DNA of 64,000 nucleotides from the human T2T-CHM13v2.0 reference genome, Homo sapiens: NCBI RefSeq assembly GCF_009914755.1, contig NC_060936.1. One strand, given 5' to 3'. The first letter of the stretch is position 1. Each line of letters begins with the position of its first letter. Both the position numbers and the translations under genes were made by a program. A model generated the notes under the pieces. It was given only the letters and a program-made list of their open reading frames with translations, had not been told where the DNA came from and did not search any database. Of this stretch, positions 55,633-64,000 are shown piece by piece.

Positions 55633-56660
55633 CGTGGTAGGCTGAGAACTAGTGCCCCGGAAGATATCCACTTTTGAATCCCTAGAACTTGTGAATGTTA
55701 AATATTTTTTACCATGTTTTACCCCACATGGTAAAATAGAAATAAAAATAAAAACATGTTTGCAAATGGGATGAAGTTATGGGTCTTGAATTAGGAATGA
55801 GCCTAAACACATGAATTATAAGAGGGAGGCTGGCCAGGTGCAGGGGCTCATGCCTGTAATCCCAGTACTTTAGGAGGCCGAGGGGGGTGGATCCCTTAAG
55901 CCTGGGAGTTCGAGGCCAGCTTGGGCAACATGGTGAAACTCTGTCTCTATAGAAAATACAAAAATTAGCCAGGTGTGGTGGTACATACCTATAGTCCCAG
56001 CTACTTGGGAGGCTGAGGCAGGAGGATTACTTGAGCCCAGGAGGTTGAGGCTGCACAGTGAGCCATGATCATGCTGCTACACTCCAGCTTGGGAGACAGA
56101 GCAAGACCCTGTCTAAAAAAAAAAAAAAAAAAAAGGGAGGGGAAAGAAAAAAATAGGGAGGCAGAGGGAGATGTGACACACATTGAGGAGGATGTGCTGT
56201 GAAGATGGAGCAGAGAGAGATTACAAGCCACCACTGCCAAGATTGGAGTAACGCTAACACAAGCTGAGGATACCAGGTATGATTATCAATTCCATTTTAC
56301 AGATGAAGAAACTGAGTCTCAGAGAGGAAAAGGAACTTGCCTAAAGTCACACTTTTGGCAAGTGGCAAAGCTGAGATGTAAACCCAAGCAGCCTGTCTCT
56401 AAGCACCACACACAGGTAGTATCTCAGTCTGTTTGTCCCTCGCCAATTAGAACCTTCCTCCAGGAGTTGAAAGAGACATGGAACTAATTCTCCCCTGGAG
56501 CCTCCCGAGGGAGTACGGCCCTGCCGACACCTTGACTTCAGCCCAGTGCTACCGATTTCAAACTTCCTACGCCCTGAACTAGGAGAGAATACATTCCTGT
56601 TGTTTTAAGCCACCAAGTTGTTCGTAATTTGTTACAGCAGCCATTAAGTGAACAAATATA
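55633..56660 (+). mobile_element. MLT1C-type LTR containing an AluJ and a templated insert
   Basis: GTGGTAGGCTGA...TTCTCCCCTGGAGCCTCC...GGCCCTGCCGACACCTTGA...TTTGTTACAGCAGCC; flanks GATAA/GATCA. Confidence 0.88.
55832..56133 (+). mobile_element. AluJ
   Basis: GGAGGATTACTTGAGCCCAGGAGGTTGAGGCTGCA; poly-A. Confidence 0.94.
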
Positions 56661-57229
56661 GATCATTAAAAAAATCCGATGCATAAACAGTACCGTGCCA
56701 GGTGCTGTGCAAATGGGACTGAATGCTCAACGGGACTTTTCAGAGGCATTCCCTGCATCCAGTGGGGCTCTTCCGTAATGGAAAGTCCAATGACCAGGAA
56801 AGGCTTCACTTCCTGGCTCCACTTTCCTTCTGCTGAAACACAAAGATTCATCGCTGATTCTATGAGTTGGCCTTTGCTGCTCTTGGTGTGCTCCCTGTAA
56901 GCACAATCCCAAGGCCCGATGGAGCCTTCTCCCTGCATCCTGTTTAAGCCCAGCAACTTCCCTCGCCAATTAGAGGCTTCCCCTTCAGCCGGTCTGGCTT
57001 TCCCCACACCTGCCGAGGGAAGCACGTGTCGGCCATTAGCGTCTCTTCATGCCACCGCTTCATGTCACTTCATTGTTCCCCAGTTGGCAACAGCTCTGCA
57101 GAAATGACCCCATTTGGAAATGTTTGTGGGAGTCTGAGCAAAAGATCTACACAGCCCTCTTCTGGGGAAACACGAGGGTTATCAGAACTACCTTTTCTCA
57201 AATACCCATTTCATGCCAGAGCTCCATCT

Positions 57230-57575
57230 CCTCACTGCTCAAGATGTGGCCCGTGCACCCCCACATAAGCATCCGCTGGGGGCTGAGGACCACACCTCTC
57301 ATTCCCTGCCCAGACCTGCCAATTCTGACGCTGCATTTTTAGTGTCTTTTGTTTGTTTGGTTTGAGACAGGGTCTCACTCTGTCACTCAGGCTGGAGTGC
57401 AGTGGTGCAATCATGGCTCATTGGAGCTTTAACCTCCCAGGCCCAAGCAATCTTCCCATGTCAGCCTCCTATGTAGCTAGGACCACAGGCAGGTGCCAAC
57501 ATGCCAGGCTATTTGAAGATGTATTTTAATAAGATTTCTGGGTGACTCATGTGCTAGTAAGAGTAGGAGCTTTCC
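57230..57575. mobile_element. MER5-type element split by an Alu right monomer (57345-57512, minus)
   Basis: CTGCTCAAGATGTGGCCC...CCCAGACCT..CTGCATTTT | Alu arm | TGTATTTTAATAAGAT..GGTGACTCAT. Confidence 0.75.
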
Positions 57576-57835
57576 CAAACTACCACTAGAGATAAGGCCA
57601 GAGACTGGGAGTCCTGGTTTCCATTATCAAAGTGGCTGATAGTCCTGATTTGCCTGGCTGTACGGAGCTCAAAGCAATATTCCTAAGGCCCAGGATATCT
57701 CAATTTTGCTTGTTTTCAGTGTCCTGGGTCACTGGGAGTCTTTGCTGTCCCCAGGATCCACTTCCCAATTTTCCAGTAACTTTCCTTACTTAGGGATCAA
57801 GTCAAGTCCACCCCTAATATGTGAGGTCTCAAGGT

Positions 57836-58291
57836 GTAGAGGCCATGAGGGTGCACCTTGCAGACCTCTAACTACAGGAGGTGAAGTTGACTGAGGACCC
57901 CAGCACTGAACTATGACATTCATCACTGTTTTGCTCAGGAGGGGCTGCATTTCCCGTGGCTGCCCCTAGCCAGTGACTGACAACAGCAGGGACACTAAGG
58001 CAGGTTTGTTCCTGATACACATGGGACTTTATGGATGGTGGACTTTGGCTTGAGGATCCACCTTCCTCCCCCCATGGCTTTGCTGAATCTCCTTAGGCTG
58101 CACCATGGTCTAGAACACTTCCACCCTGCCTTCCTTCCCTCTCTCCTTTACTCTGGGGGTCAGACCTGCATGGCTCACCCAGCCTTCTGCAGCTGGCTCC
58201 CGCTTTATTTCCTCCCATAGGTATTTCTCTTAATAAAATGCTTGCACATTTAGTCCTACCTTGGTATGGGATTCTTGGAGGACCCAGTTAC
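57836..58291 (+). mobile_element. LTR16-family solo LTR
   Basis: AGCCAGTGACTGA...GGTCAGACCTGCAT...AATAAAATGCTTGCAC...CTTGGAGGACCCA. Confidence 0.75.
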
Positions 58292-59374
58292 ATGCAGGGC
58301 AGGAGGACAAACTAAGTCCCACAAAGTCCCAAGGTTTCTCCCCACCTCTCCAAGCCCAAGGTGGGCAACCTCTGTTCATAAGATGCCCCTAGCATGCATC
58401 TCCCTTGACTCAGCCTTTATGTTCCTTGAAGGAAGCTGAGGCCAGGGGAACAGCTTTGAATTTAGATTTCTCAGGCTTCCAGAGTTTCCCGTGGGAACAT
58501 GAAGTGTCAGGAAAGGAGCGCAGCTTCTTTCCACCCCAGTTTTCCATATCCCCAGGACTCAAGTGCACTCAAGAGGTCTCCTGGTTTCTACATCCAAACT
58601 GCACCCATATCCCACCACCCCCTTAACAACTGTCCCTCGTGTCTAGGACCAGAAGCCTCAGCATCTGCTGGGAGGACAGATGCAGGGAGGTCTATGCAGA
58701 GCCTGGAATAAGGCCTGGAACTAGTAAAGTATGGAATTCAGGGATTCCACTACCCAGAGCAAAGTCTTCCCTTAGGCCCCATGGACTTCCCATCCTGTGG
58801 GAAGGGACATAGCCCAAAGAGGCCAGAGTGGAGTCCCCCAAGACTAGGTCTAACAATTCATTGTATTCAGCTGTTCCCCACCCTTAGTCCCTGAAGCCAG
58901 CATGGGCCCCACCCCAGCTCCCGGGGCAGACATATCACCTAGATATTAGCCACAGTGAGTGGTTCTTGGATGGCCAGCTGACCTAATGAGCCTCACAAAA
59001 CCTCTCAGTGAGAAAGCTAGGAGAGAAGCATGTGTTCCACGTGCTGACCTTGGGCTTGGGGAGATAGAGATTCCCAGAGCACTGCTGCCATCTTTCCCCC
59101 TTAGAAGATGGCCTGTAGCTCCCAGAGGCGGCTGTAGGGAGTCCAGGAATGAAGCCAATACAGCAGAAGGCAGAGCCAAGAGAGGGGGAAAAAGAAACAG
59201 AAGCAATTGCAGCCAGTACCAATCTGAACCCTCAGCTTCCTTCAGTTACACAGGTTCATCCACCACTCAAAACAGAATAAACCCAAAGACATATATATGG
59301 CCTCTACCTTGAACTCCAGTCTTATTAAGAACAAGAGTGAGCGGCTTCATGCAAACTCTGTTCTCACTCCTAAG

Positions 59375-60612
59375 AAACCCAAAAGCTCACCAAAGAAGAG
59401 ATACATTTGCCAACTAAGCCCATGAAAAGATGCTCACCATTATTAATCATTAGGGAATTCGAATTAAAACCATAATGAAATAGCACTACTTATCCACCAG
59501 AAAGGATAAAATTTTAAACCAGAAAAAGAAAATGAAAGAAACTGGCAATATGGAATACTGGCAATGATGTGAAACAACTAGAACTTTCATACACTGAAAG
59601 TAAGAATGCAAAATGGTACAGCCCTTTGGAAACACAGTTTGGCAGTTTCTTTTGTAGCAAACATACTCTTACTAGGTTACCCAGTAATGCTATTCCAAGG
59701 TATTAACCCAAAAGAAATGAGACATACATCTACAAGAAGACTTATATGTCAATGTTCACAACAGCATCCTTCATAATCACCAAAAACCGAAAATAGCCTA
59801 AATGTCTCTCAATAGGTGAATAAATAGACCAAATATGGAACAACCATACTGATATGATTTGGATCTGTGTCCCCACCCAAATCTCATGTTCAAATGTAAT
59901 CCCCAGTGTTGGAGGTGGAGCCTGATGGGAGATGATTGGATTGCGGGGGTGGATTTCCTCCTTGGTACTGTCATCAAGATAGTGAGTAAGTTCTTGAGAA
60001 ATCTGGTTGTTTAAAGGCATATAGCACCTCTCCCCTTGCTCTCTTCCTCCTGTTCCGGCCATGTAAAGTGCTGGCTTACTCTTTGCCTTCTGCCATGATT
60101 GTAAGTTTCCTGAGGCCTCCCCAGAAGCCAAGCAGATACCACCATGCTTCCTGTACAGCCTGTGGAACTGTGAACCAATTAGACTTATTTTCTTTATAAA
60201 TTATCCAGTCTCAAGTATTTCTCTATGGCAATGCAAGAACTGACTACCACAGTGAAATATTACTTGGCAATCAAAAGGAGCAAACTACTGTATACACAAC
60301 ATGGGTGAATCTCAAAAGCACTATGCACAATGAAAAAGGTCAGACACAGGAAGCTACACATGGAATGAATCCCTTAAACGACATTCTGGACAAGTCAAAA
60401 CTATAGGGACAGAAATCAGATCAGTGGCTGGCAGGGGTTGGGGTGGGGGAAGAAGAAAGAAGAAACCTTTCGGAGTGATTGAGGGGTTCTATAGCTTGGT
60501 TGTGGTGGTGGTTACATGCCCATAAATATTCGTGAGGAATCATTGAACTGTACATTGAAAAAGGGCATATTGTATTTCACTGAATGTAAATTATATGCCA
60601 ACAAACATGACT
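59375..60612 (+). mobile_element. L1M 3' region split by MST
   Basis: CATGAAAAGATGCTCA...AATGCAAAATGGTACAGCC...GGTGAATCTCAAAAGCA...GTAAATTATA. Confidence 0.88.
59850..60248 (+). mobile_element. MSTA-type MaLR solo LTR
   Basis: TGATATGATTTGGATCTGTGTCCCCACCCAAATCTCATG...GTAAGTTTCCTGAGGCCTCCCCAGAAGC. Confidence 0.92.
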
Positions 60613-60624
60613 TCATATATATAT

Positions 60625-61030
60625 TGATACGTTTGGATATTTGTCCCCTCCAAATCTCATGTTGAAATATAATCCAAGACGTTGGAAGTGGGGCCTGATG
60701 GGAGGTGTTTGGATCATGGGGGTGGATCCTTCATGAATGGCCTAATGACATCTCTTTGGTGATGAGTGAGTTCACACAAGATCTGGTTGTTTAAAAGTGT
60801 ATGCACCTCCCTCTCTTTCTTGCTTCCATGCTCAGTGTGTGACATGCTGGCTCCCTGTCACCTTCTACCATGATTGCAAGCTTCCTGAGGCCTTCACCAG
60901 AAGCTGAGCAGATGTTGCCGTCATGCTTCTCATTCAGCCTACAGAACCATGAGCCAATTAAACCTCCTCTCCTTGTAAATTACCCAGCCTCAGGTATTTC
61001 TTTATAGAAATGGAAGAACAGTCTAACACA
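60625..61030 (+). mobile_element. MSTB-type MaLR solo LTR
   Basis: TGATACGTTTGGATATTTGTCCCCTCCAAATCTCATG...AAATTACCCAGCCTCAGGTATTTC...CTAACACA. Confidence 0.92.
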
Positions 61031-61049
61031 TACACCAAGTGAATACCAG

Positions 61050-61250
61050 TGCTTATCATGTGTTCCAAATCCTTTACCTGAATTAGCTCTTCTAACCCTC
61101 CTAACAACCCTACAAGGTGTGAGCTATTTTTATTACCATTTTACTGATGAGAAAACAAACATAGAGAGAAGGAGTTACCTGCCAAACATCACCCAGCTAG
61201 CAAGTGGTAGGCTTGGGACTCAAACCCAAAAAGTGTGATGCAGAGCCCAT
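61050..61250 (-). mobile_element. MIR
   Basis: AACAACCCTA...CCATTTTACTGATGAGAAAAC...CAGCTAGCAAGTGG. Confidence 0.8.
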
Positions 61251-62821
61251 GCCCATCCCCACTGTACCACAGTTTGCAAATGGGGGCACGGAGGCCAAAT
61301 CATTTGCTACATTCACCAACGAGGTCAGAGAAGGGAGAATGGGAGCAAATAGGGTTTAGAAAAAGAAAAACCTTGTTCCAGGCCCAAACATGCTGATTTT
61401 CCCACAGTTGCTGCTCCAATTCTTCTGGCTAATTCTTCAATGCCAGCCAACTCCCTCTGGACCCCTAACGCGAAAGCCCAGCAAGATTCTGCGAGAGAAA
61501 ATGACTGCTTCCTAAAAGCACCCAGTGGATTTCCCTGACACATCTTGTCGGCACTCAGAATGCCCACGACAGCTTCTCCTGAAATATTTTCCAGGTGAGC
61601 TCTCTGACTGCCCCAGACTCTCAGACTTGCCTCTGATTACTCCTGTTCCCTCACGGCTGGAATCGCCTGTTGACAAGACCTCTCACTCCTTCCAAGCCCA
61701 GATCTGACCTTCCCCAATTTCTTAGATCAAATGCAGAAGCAGGTGCTTAAGGAGGGTGACTGGATGGTGTTAAAAGCTGATTTCTCCTCCTCTTAACATG
61801 CGAGTTGGAAGGTGGTGACCAGAGGGGAAACATTTAGAGGCAATGTTCCTCCAGGTGCCATTTCCACACAGTGGGCCTGGAGCAAAGGCTGCTCCAACAG
61901 CAGGAAGAAAACCCACTGGGGCTGCCCGCTGGGGCTCTGGGCCTGACACAGGGGCACATTGGATAGATATTGCCAGGTCTGGAACTTTGTAAGGGGTTGC
62001 AAACATCTGTGCTGCAATGTTCTTCCCAGCTCAACTAGAAAGATGTACCAGACTTTACACAAAGGCTCCCCCAGGAAGTAGTTGAAATGCAGTTTCCACA
62101 GACCCTTAAAAGTGGCAGAGTAAGAACATCTGCCAAAACAGGAAAAATGTTTAACAACTTGACAAGGAATTTTTAAAAATCTGCCCCAGGGTTTGTCTAC
62201 TGTAAATCTGTTAAAGCAGGGTTTTAGCCCAGGGATAGGAAGGTGTTGGGAATCTTGGTTCTAATTCCATTTTGAACTTGCCTATTCTCAAACCTCTTTG
62301 TCATTCCTCTGTTCTACTTTCTTCTGTCTATCAGAGCAAACTGGTTGCCTGTTGAGGGCGACCTGTGACTGACTGGTTGTGACTGTTGTAGGTTAAGAGG
62401 GATTCTGAGTCATGTATGGACTCAGTGAGAAAGAGTGTTGTGATTGATTAGTGATGTCTGCCAGGACTGAGGCAATAGGGAATGATAACGGGCAAGCCAC
62501 GTATTTCCCATCTCTATCATACACAAAAAGGAAATGGTAAAAGGAGGAAGACATCAGAAAAAAAGTATCAAAACTAAATGCAATTTAGTTTACTAAAAAC
62601 CACCAGATACCTTTTAGAACCTGTTTCTGACAAGCATAGCCCCAGCTACTGACTCCAGTGCCACCCCAGAGAGTCCACTAAACACTCAACACCTGCAAAG
62701 CATGAAGCATGTGGTCTTCTTCTGAGAAGAACACAGTTCCTTCTGCATAATGATGTCATTATTGTATTCTGTGATCCCACTACCCTGGCCACAGTCGATT
62801 GGTTAAAACAGTTGGAAACTT

Positions 62822-63012
62822 TAGGCCACAGGCACCTGTTTGGGTAAATAAAGTTTTATTGGAACACAGCAACACTCATTGGTTTGTGTATTATCTATGG
62901 TTACTTTTGTGCTACAACAATGGAACTGAGTCACTGTGACAGAGACTGCATGGCCTGCAAAGCTGAAAATTTTTATTCTTTGGCCCTTTTCATTAAAGTT
63001 TGCTGACCCTTG
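62822..63012. mobile_element. MER58A
   Basis: GTAAATAAAGTTTTATTGGAACACAGC...TGGCCTGCAAAGC...AAAGTTTGCTGACCC. Confidence 0.85.
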
Positions 63013-63759
63013 GATTAAAGAGTTGCCATTCAATGTAAATGTAATTGAAAAGAGGGCTTCATAATAAAAGTCAGCCATCTATAAGTTATCTTGAGGATAG
63101 TCACTGTCATGCCATATTGGCTGATGACAAATTATTTCCGTCATCAGATTCTCTCTCTTTCCCTCTCTCTCTGAGGGAGATACAGGGTGAATCAAGGTTA
63201 CTAGAACTACTGCTGGATCCAGAATGGAAGTGAAACACTGGTCTTGTTTCCCATGAGTCTTGCTCTATAGCCTAGTCTTGGAAACACTGTGTTATTCCCT
63301 ATGCTTTCATACTTGCCTGCATTTTTATAAAATAAACTCTCATGACCTAAGGGTAGGAGAGTTAGGGGATTTCACTTCTCATGCCACTTCTGGTAGTGCC
63401 TGTCCAGTACAGTGTCTGCAAACATGAAGCCTGGACAGGAAAGAGTACCATGATGGATCAGTGATGTCTGCCATGGGTCATGGAAGGAGAGGAGAGATAG
63501 TAATGTGTGATGTGTATTTAACAGCTAGGACTTAAGTTAATCTTTGGTGCCTTCTCTTTGCAACGTAAGAGTCTATCTTCTATATCCACCTTATTACCAC
63601 CTTCTCTCATCTTCCTTGGAAGTTAGATTTAAAATGTATCATTCTGTTTGTGAATATGCACCCTTGTGCCATTTTCTCCAGAGAGTTTCATATGTAATCT
63701 TTATTTCCTCAGTCAAACAACAAACATCTCCTCAAACATGCTTAATTTCTCTTATTTTA

Positions 63760-64000
<241 letters not shown>

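Larger units (their letters stand above)
55048..56981 (+). repeat. Three local direct duplications (119, 65 and 22 bp)
   Basis: 55048-55166 ~ 56318-56436; 55242-55306 ~ 56823-56887; 56437-56458 ~ 56960-56981. Confidence 0.93.

Noticed and set aside
62400-63530. Shared GAT(T/C)AGTGATGTCTGCCA at ~62446 and ~63457
   Set aside because: Appears to be two diverged copies of one old hAT-type DNA element, not a local duplication

Overview
Non-coding catarrhine-primate genomic DNA (AluY present; most likely human or great ape), apparently intergenic or deep intronic. I find no protein-coding gene, RNA gene or CRISPR-like array. The long ORFs in the track are translations of Alu, THE1/MST, L1, L2 or microsatellites. 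A large share of the window is fossil transposable elements: about 20 Alus, many MIR/L2/L1 pieces, MaLR and LTR16 solo LTRs, and hAT/Tigger/mariner DNA elements, often nested and with readable target-site duplications (TSDs). Subfamily names come from my recall of consensus sequences, and old-repeat boundaries are approximate. Signals not explained by repeats: (i) a repeat-free, CpG-enriched, homeodomain-motif-dense island at ~43.1-43.75 kb, bracketed by two G-quadruplex motifs (best enhancer candidate); (ii) several locally templated duplications/insertions (4.7/5.5 kb, a three-piece mosaic at 55.0-57.0 kb, fold-back events in two Alus, and tandem duplications of 32, 55 and 80 bp); (iii) a decayed pogo/Tc2-type DDE transposase fossil at ~33 kb that the ORF track misses; (iv) smaller motif clusters (RUNX/AP-1 at 15.1-15.4 kb; CCAAT/RFX/E-box at 13.4 kb). 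I cannot support a wholly new biological system or name the locus from sequence alone.
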